Assembly: GCA_002009975.1 (NCBI GenBank)
Contig: MTLP01000007.1
Coordinates: forward strand, 1-64,000
Origin: Thermococcus sp. JdFR-02
GTDB taxonomy: Archaea; Methanobacteriota_B; Thermococci; Thermococcales; Thermococcaceae
Length of the DNA: 64,000 nt
Reading direction: 5' to 3'
The position numbers were made by a program, and so were the translations under genes. Below the pieces are notes generated by a model, which did no database searches, was not told the DNA's origin, and saw only the letters and a list, made by a program, of their open reading frames with translations. Shown here piece by piece: positions 9,426 through 18,855 of the stretch (the first letter of the stretch is position 1; each line of letters begins with the position of its first letter).

Positions 9426-10151
9426 CTCTTTTTCCTTCTTTTCAACTAATCTCCTTAATGAGACTATTAGATCGTTTTCAGACTCTACCTTTGAAATAAC
9501 GAGGGGGACTCTTTCTCTCTCCGCAATCTTTACAGCCAGTTCATCTAACTTCTTAACTCCATGCAAGACAACAACCGCTGGCTTCATACCTTGAACTCTT
9601 ATGGCTATCATTGGACTTCTTCCAGTGGTTACCTTCGTAAAAACTAATGCTCTCTCAGTAGTCCATCCATAGAGCTTAAGGAAGTCATCGCTGCTCATCT
9701 CTAAAATAGCCTGAATACTATCAATGACTGTGTAACCATAAATTTTTCTATCAATCAGATCCATGTTTGCAACCACTTCTCCTTTAGCGGCATCAACTAT
9801 GTCTCTAACAGTAGCAGGTAATGCGAATTCTCTCATGTCTAAAATCGCACTTGTTGGGAAGTCGCTTCCTAGGGTTTTACTAAATGCTTTAATAACATTT
9901 CCTCCTTTTTTCTCGTCAATTTCAAGTAAAGCTTCAACAAATTTTCTTATAGTGGAAGCTCCGGGGCTTTTTCTTCTTCCCCCTTCGTAATCACTTATAA
10001 CTGAAGAAGAAACGCCTAGATATTCGGCTAGTTCAGTTTGGCTAATTCCAAATATCTCACGCCATTTTCTCATAGTTTTTCCAGGGTCAGAGGATAAAGT
10101 TATTTCTCCCGCTATTCTCTTAGCTAAAGCTTCTTTCTCTTTCTCTAACAT
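9420..10151 (-). CDS. XRE-type HTH transcriptional regulator (conserved archaeal family)
   Basis: [42 protein letters not shown] motifs. Confidence 0.85.
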   Translation of the reverse strand: MLEKEKEALAKRIAGEITLSSDPGKTMRKWREIFGISQTELAEYLGVSSSVISDYEGGRRKSPGASTIRKFVEALLEIDEKKGGNVIKAFSKTLGSDFPTSAILDMREFALPATVRDIVDAAKGEVVANMDLIDRKIYGYTVIDSIQAILEMSSDDFLKLYGWTTERALVFTKVTTGRSPMIAIRVQGMKPAVVVLHGVKKLDELAVKIAERERVPLVISKVESENDLIVSLRRLVEKKEKEL

Positions 10152-10377
10152 GGTTTATTTTTTGGAATTAACTGCATATAAAGATTTCGACGTTTGCCTA
10201 TATAGAGTTCAAGAATGACGTATGAGATAAAAGAACTGCATTGTCTTCAGTAGAAAAAGAGAAATTAGAAGTCAGAAACAAAGTTTGGAGGTTGTGGAGC
10301 GAAGCTCCGCTATGGACTAGAAAACTGAGGAAGGGGTAGAAAATGTAGTTTTTCTAATGAGAAAGGAATCTCTCTTC

Positions 10378-10455
10378 TGGTGGGCCCGCGGGGATTCGAA
10401 CCCCGGACCTTCGCCGTGTGAGGGCGACGTCATAACCAGTCTAGACCACGGGCCC
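10378..10455 (-). tRNA. tRNA-Val(CAC)
   Basis: GGGCCCGTGGTCTAGACTGGTTATGACGTCGCCCTCACACGGCGAAGGTCCGGGGTTCGAATCCCCGCGGGCCCACCA; anticodon loop CTCACAC, encoded CCA, TTTATAAA box at 10488-10495. Confidence 0.97.
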
Positions 10456-10508
10456 CTAAAGTTCCATGCATATACTTAAAATCCCCATTTATAAAGTTTT
10501 TGAGAGGT

Positions 10509-11306
10509 CTAAGCCCACTTTAGTATTTCTTTTGGAGCATCTGCAAATTCCACTAGATATTCGGCTTCAACTATATGCAATTTGCCGGGAACAATTAACA
10601 CATGTGGCTGCTTCCCAAAGTCTTCTTTGAGCATATCTTTAACAAATCCAGCCTTAAGCGTTGGATTTAAAGAGCCAGCCCTTGCTAAAACAACAACTAA
10701 TGTTTCTAGTGTAAAAACCTTCTGCTTCTTCATATCTTCAACTTGAAGCAAAATCTCCATAGCTTCATTTGCTGTCATGTATTTTCCTTTTTCTGCCTTT
10801 ATGTCCAAAAATAATAAGGTGTGAAGCCCTCGTTCCTTGTTCTCTCTGATTACGTCATAATGACTCGTTGGGAACCAGTTTTTTTCTGGGTAAGCAACTG
10901 TGGCGGATTTTCCAAATTTGTAAATATGCAAACCAGTTATTGATATTGCAGAATATATTGAGGGAGCATGGACAACATAGCTTTCAATTCCCATTTGCTT
11001 TGCCCTTATCCTTAAATCATTATGCGTAGTTGCCACCATCGGGTCTCCAGCCGTTAGAAATGCAACATCTTTTTCTTTTGCCTCTTTTAAAACGATCTTC
11101 TCAAAATTCAGTTCAACGTCTTCTCTATTCAAAAGCTTTATGGGTTTTCCAATCAACTTTTGGATTTTTTCTATTGTGGTTCCAGCTAAAAGGGAGGTGT
11201 AAAATTCTGCAAATACTAAATCACATTTTTTTGCAATTTCCAGTCCTTTTAGAGTTATATCTTTTTCATCATAGAGACCCAAGCCTATGAAGTAAATTGC
11301 CATCAC
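10509..11306 (-). CDS. dph5: Diphthine synthase
   Basis: IGLGL.D.KDITLKGLE, GDPMVATTH, YKFGKSAT, HTLLFLDI motifs. Confidence 0.95.
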   Translation of the reverse strand: MMAIYFIGLGLYDEKDITLKGLEIAKKCDLVFAEFYTSLLAGTTIEKIQKLIGKPIKLLNREDVELNFEKIVLKEAKEKDVAFLTAGDPMVATTHNDLRIRAKQMGIESYVVHAPSIYSAISITGLHIYKFGKSATVAYPEKNWFPTSHYDVIRENKERGLHTLLFLDIKAEKGKYMTANEAMEILLQVEDMKKQKVFTLETLVVVLARAGSLNPTLKAGFVKDMLKEDFGKQPHVLIVPGKLHIVEAEYLVEFADAPKEILKWA

Positions 11307-11330
11307 TACAACCTCCTAAGTTTTGATGAA

Positions 11331-12152
11331 TCACCAGAATACTTTGTTTCCCTTTATCTTTATGTAGCCCAAGCTTTGCAATTCTTTAAGGAAATCTTCT
11401 AAGGCTTCTTCATCATAATAGATGTTTATCTTTTCCTTCTTTCCTTCAACTATGATTGGCTCCCTTTCAAGAATTGCCTCTATAAGCTCGTTCTTTTTTC
11501 TCTTTTGCTTCACAAGCTCCATAATGACATCTGCTAAAACAGATTTTGCAATACCAACAAACATCGCTTTAACTAAAGATTCATCTGTTACGTATTCTTC
11601 AGCTATTTCTAAAGCTCTATGAATTAGCTCTTTCTCGACTTCTAAAACCTCCACAAAGTATCTTCTCAAAAATGCAACCTCGCTTACAAGCTGGGATCCA
11701 ATTTTCTCCTCAATTTCGTCCAATATCTCCTCGACATCATCAATTGGAAATCTAATCTCTATTTCAAGGTTATCAAGTTCTGGCTTCTTTAAGAGCTTCA
11801 ATTTCCCATCTTCTTCCTCAATTGCTCCACTATCAATTAGAGCAGTTAGGAGAATCAATCTATTTATATCAACTTCATTAAAGACTTCCTCTATGTTCTT
11901 GCTCTCATTAACATTCCATTCAGATAGAAGAGCGTTAAAAGCTCTTTCAATCTCTTCAAGCTTTCCTTCTATAACCTCCCTCTCGCTTATCTTTTTGACC
12001 TTTTCCTTAAGCTCTCCATACCTGCCTTTAATGAGAATGAAGTGTTCAATATCCCAACTGAACTCCTCCTTAGTCTTGTTCATTATTCCAGCCTTGCTAA
12101 GCTCCTTAGAAAGCTCCTCCATACTCTCTTTGTTCAAAACCTCGAATCTCAT
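11331..12152 (-). CDS. Acidic hypothetical protein
   Basis: 273 aa ORF in operon; winged-helix-like C-terminus (LQSLGYIKIKGNKV). Confidence 0.7.
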   Translation of the reverse strand: MRFEVLNKESMEELSKELSKAGIMNKTKEEFSWDIEHFILIKGRYGELKEKVKKISEREVIEGKLEEIERAFNALLSEWNVNESKNIEEVFNEVDINRLILLTALIDSGAIEEEDGKLKLLKKPELDNLEIEIRFPIDDVEEILDEIEEKIGSQLVSEVAFLRRYFVEVLEVEKELIHRALEIAEEYVTDESLVKAMFVGIAKSVLADVIMELVKQKRKKNELIEAILEREPIIVEGKKEKINIYYDEEALEDFLKELQSLGYIKIKGNKVFW

Positions 12153-12186
12153 TAATTTTCACCAAGCAAAAGTAAAAACTCTTAAG

Positions 12187-12846
12187 TTATAAATCTTTAT
12201 TTTGAAGAAGATAAGTCAAAAGCTTCTTCAGCGGTCTATTGTCCAAACTCTGTAAAGTTTCCTTTATCTCTTCCTCTAAACCCAAATTTCTGTTTACATA
12301 GAGATAGAGGGCATATGCCATTAGCTTTGGATCACCTTCATTAACAATTTTAATAGCCTCTGAAAGAATTGGGCTATTTAACAACTCATCAGCCAGTTTT
12401 AGTATTCTCTCATCGTTTCCTTCTCTTAGTGCATCTTTTAACGGATTATAAAATGAGCTTATCACTATACGAGCACTTCTTTCCCTACTTTCTAAATAAT
12501 CAATAGGACTCTCTTTTTGCTCTTTTCTGAAGGTTCTCCAAAGGATGTATGAGAGTGGAAAGAGAACCAATGTTGCAGTGATTATTATATAGAAGGTTGT
12601 AGGAATGGGAATTCCCCTAGCATATCTGCTTTTTATGTAGATGAGCAATAACAGTCCCAAGAAAATCCATATGAAGAATATCATGAGATAGTAAACTGAA
12701 GATTCTTGTCTTCTTTCCCAAGTTTTATATCTTGATATTGCCCCTGTTTTTTCCATTAGAGCTAATCTCTGCTCCACAAACTCTATCTCAGCTTCAAGTC
12801 TTTTAATTCTCCTTTCAATCTCACTAATAACCTCATTAATATGCAT
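12187..12846 (-). CDS. Hypothetical membrane protein (N-terminal coiled coil, 2 TM)
   Basis: Two hydrophobic segments; overlaps the creatininase gene stop. Confidence 0.7.
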   Translation of the reverse strand: MHINEVISEIERRIKRLEAEIEFVEQRLALMEKTGAISRYKTWERRQESSVYYLMIFFIWIFLGLLLLIYIKSRYARGIPIPTTFYIIITATLVLFPLSYILWRTFRKEQKESPIDYLESRERSARIVISSFYNPLKDALREGNDERILKLADELLNSPILSEAIKIVNEGDPKLMAYALYLYVNRNLGLEEEIKETLQSLDNRPLKKLLTYLLQNKDL

Positions 12847-13558
12847 CTTTCTCGCCCAAGATTAGTTTGGTTATCTTCTTACTAACAATATCTAATATGA
12901 TTTCCCCTTTATCCTTTGTAGCCTTACTTGGGTCATCATTAACGCCATCTGGAAAAAGCTCAAGCCCGATATCTCTCCTTATCCTTCTAACTTTCGTTGT
13001 TCTTTTTTCACCTTTGGCTTTATCCATCTTTACAAGCTCTGGCTTTATTGCTAAGATGACAGATGTTTCATCTTCTCCCGCATGACCTTGAGAAGAACAA
13101 ACACTTAGGATGTCTTCTCTAAAATCTATCCACCAGTTGATGATCCATACCTCAACATCAAAATTCTCTGCAACCTTTTCACTTGCTTCAATAAGAGGAT
13201 ATATGTTCCCTCCATGTCCATTCATCAAAATTATTCTCCTAAATCCTTCCTTTGCAAACTCCTCTATTACATCCTTAACATAAGCACGTAAGGTTTCTGC
13301 TTTTACATTTATCGTACCGGGATAGACGTTTAAAACGAAACTATGTCCATAGGGAATTGGAGGTGCAATTAGAATATCTCCTCCTTTCTTTCTAACTTCA
13401 CCTTCAACCCTTTTTGAGATTTCAATTGGGGCTAATACGTCAGTGTTTAGAGGTAAATGCTTTCCATGAGCTTCAATACTTCCAATTGGGATTATAACAG
13501 TGCTAATCTCTTCCCTTATTTTTTCAAACTCATCCCACGTTAGGTTTTCCATCATCAT
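12836..13558 (-). CDS. Creatininase family amidohydrolase
   Basis: PIGSIEAHG.HLPL.TD, NGHGGN, HAGEDETS motifs. Confidence 0.9.
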   Translation of the reverse strand: MMMENLTWDEFEKIREEISTVIIPIGSIEAHGKHLPLNTDVLAPIEISKRVEGEVRKKGGDILIAPPIPYGHSFVLNVYPGTINVKAETLRAYVKDVIEEFAKEGFRRIILMNGHGGNIYPLIEASEKVAENFDVEVWIINWWIDFREDILSVCSSQGHAGEDETSVILAIKPELVKMDKAKGEKRTTKVRRIRRDIGLELFPDGVNDDPSKATKDKGEIILDIVSKKITKLILGEKDAY

Positions 13559-13570
13559 TGCATTTCCCCA

Positions 13571-14707
13571 TTATAAAATAGAAAGAACTTCTTCATAAGC
13601 TTTCTCAATTTCTTTAATGACATTATCCCAGGAGTATTTCTCTTCAACCGCTTTCCTCCCGTTTTGACCGAGCCATTTTCTTAAGGATTCATCGTTTAAC
13701 AGCTTTTCAATTGCGTTTTTAAGCTCAAGCTCATTTGAGGGGGGAACTAAAAGACCGCTTTCACTTTCTTTAATAACCTCTGGAATTCCCCCAACGGTTG
13801 TAGCTATTATTGGAACTCCAGATGCCATAGCCTCTAAAATTACTATTCCAAAAGCTTCTGCTGTTATTGAAGGCAAAACGAAGATATCTGCCATTCCAAA
13901 TATCTTTGGCAACTCTTTTGTTGGTACGTATCCAAGGAACCTAACCCTGTCTTCTATCCCTAAAAACTTTGCTTGAGCCTTTAAAAAAGGCGAAAGTTCC
14001 CCATTTCCAGCCATAACCAATGTTGCATCTTTAATCTGTGAAAAAGCATTTAGAAGAACATGAGGACCCTTCCTATAACTCATTCTGCTTACATATAGAA
14101 TAACCTCTCCTTCTATTCCAAATTCTTCTTTTATCTTCTCTTTGTTCCAATTTGGGTGGAATGTTTTATCGTCAACCCCATTTGGTATGATCTCAACCTT
14201 TGTATCTGTGAAATGTTCTATAAATGCTTTAGCAGCTTTACTTACTGCAATAATTTGATGTGGATACTTTAAGTAGTGGCTGAACAAGGGAAAGGTTAAT
14301 CCCAAAGCCTGCCACAATTTCGATTCATGAGCAAAGGATATACTGTGGGTGGTTAGAAGGGTTCCCTTTCCAAGTGTTCTTCCAGCTTTTACAGCTTTTA
14401 ATGCAAGAGGTGTAAATGCATGATGGGAGTGAATTATGTCAAAATCCTTTAGAAACTCGTTAAGCTCTTGGGTAGATTTAAGACTGTACGTTACGTTAAT
14501 CCCAAAAATTGGGCTTATAACTCCGGGAATTTTAATTAAATCAATGTTAAACCTTTCCAGCTCTTTTTCCTTTCCGGTTTCCCAATTATTGGTAACTACT
14601 GCGACGTCATGTCTCCTTCCCTTAAGCTTTAATGCTAAATTATGCATGTGAGAGGCAACTCCACCTATCTTTGGATAATACCAATCGCTAACTAATGCTA
14701 TTTTCAC
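13571..14707 (-). CDS. GT4 glycosyltransferase, PIG-A-like
   Basis: VSDWYYPKIGGVASH, VSRMSYRKG, EAFGIVILEAMASG motifs; GTG start at 14707 after GGAGGG. Confidence 0.88.
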   Translation of the reverse strand: MKIALVSDWYYPKIGGVASHMHNLALKLKGRRHDVAVVTNNWETGKEKELERFNIDLIKIPGVISPIFGINVTYSLKSTQELNEFLKDFDIIHSHHAFTPLALKAVKAGRTLGKGTLLTTHSISFAHESKLWQALGLTFPLFSHYLKYPHQIIAVSKAAKAFIEHFTDTKVEIIPNGVDDKTFHPNWNKEKIKEEFGIEGEVILYVSRMSYRKGPHVLLNAFSQIKDATLVMAGNGELSPFLKAQAKFLGIEDRVRFLGYVPTKELPKIFGMADIFVLPSITAEAFGIVILEAMASGVPIIATTVGGIPEVIKESESGLLVPPSNELELKNAIEKLLNDESLRKWLGQNGRKAVEEKYSWDNVIKEIEKAYEEVLSIL

Positions 14708-15608
14708 TTTTACTCCCTCCAAAAGAGCTGTAGAAAACTATTGCGCCAAGTATAGAGTAGAGATATTGGAACAAAAGCTTGTAAGTGAAAGCAGTTATTG
14801 TTGAAGTTGTAGATGCTCCAATGCCTAAGACGAGACCGAACTCATTAGCACCAACTCCAGATGGAATGCCGCTTATGCTTGCAAACAGAACACTCATTAT
14901 AAATCCGGTTAAGGCTTGTTTTATTGAGATCTGAAGCCCAAAGGCTTTGCCAACTACGATGATGCCGTAAACTTGAAGAAGGATTATTATGAGGGATAAG
15001 AAGAATGAAGAACTAAAAATTTTCTTATTTTCTTTTGCTTTGCTCCAGCCATGATATAAGCTCTCTGCATAGCCCCTTAAGCTTGAGACTAAACCCCTAA
15101 GTCCAATATTCTCCCAAATTCCAAGGAGAGAGTTCACCGCTCTGTAAATACCTTGTTCATACACCAATGCAAAGATCACTATAATCATCATTAAAATTCC
15201 CACTTTTGTGAGTCCAATGAATATGAGGGCAAATGACAGAATGACCAAAAGCTCTGTACTGAGTCCTATTATTAGGGTTGATAGAGCTTTGAAGTAATCT
15301 CCTCCAACAAGCTTTACCTTTGCTATATGCCCAATGCTTGGAGGTAAAACTGAGATCAGATAATACCCGCTTATAAAAGCGAAAAGCGTTTTCTTAAAGC
15401 TTGCTCTCTGAACTTCTTTGAGGAAGATGTACCATCTCAATGTGGAAATTAGCACTGTTAGAGTAGAGAGGAATAACGCTATCAGCAGATACTTTGGAGA
15501 TGCCCTTTCAATTGCCATACTCAGTTCATAGGGGTCAATTTGTTTATAGAGGTAGGCTACTGATATTGTAAGTGCTAGGAGGCTGAAGAGCTTTTTATCT
15601 ATTTTCAA
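14688..15608 (-). CDS. Lysylphosphatidylglycerol-synthase TM / UPF0104 flippase-like membrane protein
   Basis: Polytopic; LRW..FL, LPP..G, IPSGVG.NE motifs. Confidence 0.8.
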   Translation of the reverse strand: MKIDKKLFSLLALTISVAYLYKQIDPYELSMAIERASPKYLLIALFLSTLTVLISTLRWYIFLKEVQRASFKKTLFAFISGYYLISVLPPSIGHIAKVKLVGGDYFKALSTLIIGLSTELLVILSFALIFIGLTKVGILMMIIVIFALVYEQGIYRAVNSLLGIWENIGLRGLVSSLRGYAESLYHGWSKAKENKKIFSSSFFLSLIIILLQVYGIIVVGKAFGLQISIKQALTGFIMSVLFASISGIPSGVGANEFGLVLGIGASTTSTITAFTYKLLFQYLYSILGAIVFYSSFGGSKSENSIS

Positions 15609-16387
15609 ACTACCATCACCTTGAGGATATATAAAACCACTAAAGCTGTCATTAAACTGTCAAAAACTTTTGGATTTCCCCTCGTGTTAAAGGCTACCAT
15701 TCCGACGACTAATGAAAATGGATGCAGGAGGTAGAGCATAATCAGGATTGGTAAGGTTGAGAATATGTAAACGAATTTTTTGGAGAGATCTTTCCCTATA
15801 ATTATTGGAGTGGTTCTTAGATTTGCTTTTAAATCACTCTCGTAATCTTCCAGATGGTTTCTGAGTTCCATGGCAAAGGAGTATAGGAGTAGAGCTACTG
15901 CAATTAGAGCTTCCTCCCTGCTTAATGCACTATCTATATATGCAGCATACATAAATGGGAAAGCCCCGAAGAAAATCCCATGTGAGAGAACATCAACTAC
16001 TGGACGAGCCTTTAATCTTGGAGGGGCTGAATAGAGGGTTGCTAAGATAACCATTAAAGTGTAAATTAGGAATGCTTCCTTTCCCACAAAATAGGAAAGG
16101 GTGATCCCAAAAATCGCCAACAAAGCAGAGGATATTAATCCAGCTTTAAAACTCAGCTCTTCATTGGCTATTGGATTTTTCCCTCTCTTTCTTGGGTTTA
16201 AAATATCAGTATCAACATCAAAGCAGTTGTTTATAGCAAAGGCATAGGCGACATAGAGAACAATAGATATCAAAACGATAATCGATTTTACAAAGTTCGC
16301 ATGATTAATCAAGAGCCCAAAGAGTCCTATTCCTATATATGCCCTGCCATCTGGGATCCTTGTGTTTTTAAGCATTGCTTTCATCAT
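15605..16387 (-). CDS. UbiA family prenyltransferase
   Basis: Asp-rich motifs NNCFDVDTD and NHLEDYESD, YSAPPRLKARP; polytopic. Confidence 0.88.
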   Translation of the reverse strand: MMKAMLKNTRIPDGRAYIGIGLFGLLINHANFVKSIIVLISIVLYVAYAFAINNCFDVDTDILNPRKRGKNPIANEELSFKAGLISSALLAIFGITLSYFVGKEAFLIYTLMVILATLYSAPPRLKARPVVDVLSHGIFFGAFPFMYAAYIDSALSREEALIAVALLLYSFAMELRNHLEDYESDLKANLRTTPIIIGKDLSKKFVYIFSTLPILIMLYLLHPFSLVVGMVAFNTRGNPKVFDSLMTALVVLYILKVMVV

Positions 16388-16419
16388 TTTGTCCACCGTC
16401 AACTAAATTAGTGGAAAGC

Positions 16420-16450
16420 TTTATAAGTCTTTTCACCATAAAGTGAAAAG
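16420..16450. promoter_or_regulatory. TATA box plus inverted repeat between divergent UbiA and HTH genes
   Basis: TTTATAAG at 16420-16427 followed by CTTTTCAC-N6-GTGAAAAG at 16429-16450. Confidence 0.5.
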
Positions 16451-16471
16451 GTATGAAGAAAAATTTTCATA

Positions 16472-16804
16472 GTGATAGAAATGGAAGATCTGCTGAAGTC
16501 CTTCACATCCCTTATTGAAAAATTTGAGCTAACAAGCTCTGAGATAAAGATTTATTCAATTCTTTTAAAGGAAAATCTCACCCCAAGGCAGATATCAAAA
16601 AAATTAGGCATTTCTGAAAGGATCGTTAGGGAAAAACTAAAGCATCTTCTTGAATTGGGGCTGATAGATAGGGAATTGGTTAACAGGGGATGGATTGGGT
16701 ACATATATAAGGCAAAGGATCCTAAGGAGGCATTAAACACATTATTCAGCAAAGTTGAGGAAGTTATCAAAAACTTAGAAAAGGAAGCAAATAGAATATT
16801 TTAA
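16472..16804 (+). CDS. TrmB-like winged-HTH transcriptional regulator
   Basis: LT.SE.KIY..LL, LT.RQISKKLGIS, GLIDR...GYIYKA..P pattern. Confidence 0.8.
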   Translation: MIEMEDLLKSFTSLIEKFELTSSEIKIYSILLKENLTPRQISKKLGISERIVREKLKHLLELGLIDRELVNRGWIGYIYKAKDPKEALNTLFSKVEEVIKNLEKEANRIF

Positions 16805-17635
16805 TCAGGCTTTTCCTTCTAAGAGATCTTTAACATATTTTGGCATTTGGAATAATGTTTCATGTCTTTCTGGGTCGTAGTAGAGTAAATTCAAATCTTT
16901 TGCTCTATTTACTTTTACTTCTTTAAAGTTAACCTCACCTTTGACACCAACCAAGAAAGACCAAGGTGAAGCATAGCCAATAACTGGGAAGCTGAAATAG
17001 TGCACTTTGTCGAAAACCTTCTTCATGTTGTTGTAGGCATCCAAAAGCTCTTCTGTGAATAGATAAACGCTTCCTGCTTGGGTTATGTACAAACCTTTTT
17101 CATCTAAGGCGTTGTAGGCACTTTTATAAAATTCCTCACTGAATAACATCTTTGCTGGTCCAACTGGATCAGTTGAGTCTACTATTATCACATCAAACTT
17201 TTCTTCCGTGTTTTTTATGTACTCTATTCCATCTCCAACTATAACTTCAGCCCTTGGATCATCAAAGGCTCCTTTATCAATCCCTAAGTACGAGCGGGAA
17301 ACTTCTATAACCTTCTCATCAATCTCAACCATCACAGCTCTTTCCACACTTTTATGCTTTAAAACCTCCCTTAAAGTTCCCCCGTCTCCACCTCCGATGA
17401 TAAGAACCTTTTTTGGATTAGGATGAGCAAGCATTATGGGATGGACTAAGGGTTCATGATAGCTCTCTTCTCCCTCGGTTACGAGCTGCACTGTTCCATC
17501 TAAAACCAAAAGCTTTCCAAATCCCTCAGTTTCATAAAGCTCTATCTTTTGATATTTGCTTTCAATCTCCAACAGCTTTTCCTTAACCTTAAATGCCACG
17601 CCATATCCTCGTGGATACCATTCTATAAAATGCAT
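16805..17635 (-). CDS. speE: Polyamine aminopropyltransferase (spermidine synthase / agmatine aminopropyltransferase)
   Basis: [29 protein letters not shown] motifs. Confidence 0.95.
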   Translation of the reverse strand: MHFIEWYPRGYGVAFKVKEKLLEIESKYQKIELYETEGFGKLLVLDGTVQLVTEGEESYHEPLVHPIMLAHPNPKKVLIIGGGDGGTLREVLKHKSVERAVMVEIDEKVIEVSRSYLGIDKGAFDDPRAEVIVGDGIEYIKNTEEKFDVIIVDSTDPVGPAKMLFSEEFYKSAYNALDEKGLYITQAGSVYLFTEELLDAYNNMKKVFDKVHYFSFPVIGYASPWSFLVGVKGEVNFKEVKVNRAKDLNLLYYDPERHETLFQMPKYVKDLLEGKA

Positions 17636-17705
17636 AAACTCCCCTCCCAGCTAACCTTTAGCTCGCTTGAATTTAATAGAATAAATTTAATGAGAACAAA
17701 AGAGA

Positions 17706-18086
17706 TCATTCCTCCTTTTTAAATAGAAGACCTCTATCAAGCTTGACTATCGTAGGATTCTTACATTTTAGCTCTTTTATTATGTATTCGCTGGCTTTCA
17801 CTGGCATTGTGTGATCACCACAAGTGTAAACATCAACACTTGCATAACCATGCTCTGGCCATGTATGGATTGAAATGTGACTCTCAGAAACTACAACAAC
17901 ACCAGAAACGCCTTGGGGTGAAAACTTGTGAAATCTCTTATCGATTATTGTGGCATTTGCCAGTTCTGCAGCCTTAGTGAGGATTTCTTCTACCTTTTCT
18001 ATATCGTCTAATATTTGCGGGTCGCATTCGTAGAGATCTAATATGACATGCATTCCAATTGGACTGTCCACAGTTACTTGAGCCAT
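17706..18086 (-). CDS. speD: S-adenosylmethionine decarboxylase proenzyme (copy 1)
   Basis: FSPQGVSGVVVVSESHISIHTWPEHGYASVDVYTCG with ESH autocleavage site. Confidence 0.9.
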   Translation of the reverse strand: MAQVTVDSPIGMHVILDLYECDPQILDDIEKVEEILTKAAELANATIIDKRFHKFSPQGVSGVVVVSESHISIHTWPEHGYASVDVYTCGDHTMPVKASEYIIKELKCKNPTIVKLDRGLLFKKEE

Positions 18087-18129
18087 CGCCCTCACCTCCA
18101 TCCATCTCCACCACCTCCAAAATTGTGGA

Positions 18130-18603
18130 TCAATATGGAAACATCACGACTGCAGCTATTGCAGCAGCGGGCTTATCTTTGACTGTAATTTCAGCAACTG
18201 CGACTTTAAACTCCTTTAACTTCCATCCTCTAACCCTAAAGCCTTCCTCAACCATTTTCTTTACCATTTCCATAGCTTCCTCTTTTGTACAGTAGCCGCT
18301 GTATTCGTAAATCAATCCTCCGCTGTTGTCTTCACTAAGTCCTACCCCTAAAGCAGCACTGATAGTTGCGTTTGGCTCATCACTTTCAATGTGAGCATAG
18401 ACTGTAGGTAAGAGCATTCCAATTGGTATTTCTGGCATTTCATCTATCCACTCTATATGAGCGGGAATTATACTGCTCAGTTTAACTAAATTAACGTTTC
18501 CGATACCCATTTTAAGAAGGGCGTTATCGAAGGCATTTAACTTTGTTCCACCCTCCGCACTCGCAGCCACCATAATGGCTTTTTTTGGTGTTATCCAGCT
18601 CAT
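18130..18603 (-). CDS. pdaD: Pyruvoyl-dependent arginine decarboxylase
   Basis: LNAFDNAL, NLVKLSSIIP (Ser-Ser cleavage site). Confidence 0.93.
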   Translation of the reverse strand: MSWITPKKAIMVAASAEGGTKLNAFDNALLKMGIGNVNLVKLSSIIPAHIEWIDEMPEIPIGMLLPTVYAHIESDEPNATISAALGVGLSEDNSGGLIYEYSGYCTKEEAMEMVKKMVEEGFRVRGWKLKEFKVAVAEITVKDKPAAAIAAVVMFPY

Positions 18604-18855
18604 TTTCCCTCACCTTGGTTTTTCTCTATGATTATTATTTAATTTTTGATTTAACTCCAAATTATCGTAATATTTAGGTTTCAATTAAATATGGGTTGAG
18701 CATTCCTTTATAAGTCTTTCGTTTTCAGTCAAATAACGAAATAGCTTGAAAAAACCTGATATTTTCGAAAATGGCTCGATGCTTACGGGTAAAAATTAAT
18801 AAAGCCCGCTGGAAATCTTGATTAGGGAAGTTGTTCAAAACTTAAAAGGGAGAGA

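Noticed and set aside
12836-13558. Creatininase-family gene as the missing polyamine ureohydrolase
   Set aside because: Ureohydrolases have the arginase fold (DxHxD motif), which is absent; this gene is coupled to the lipid-type operon instead.
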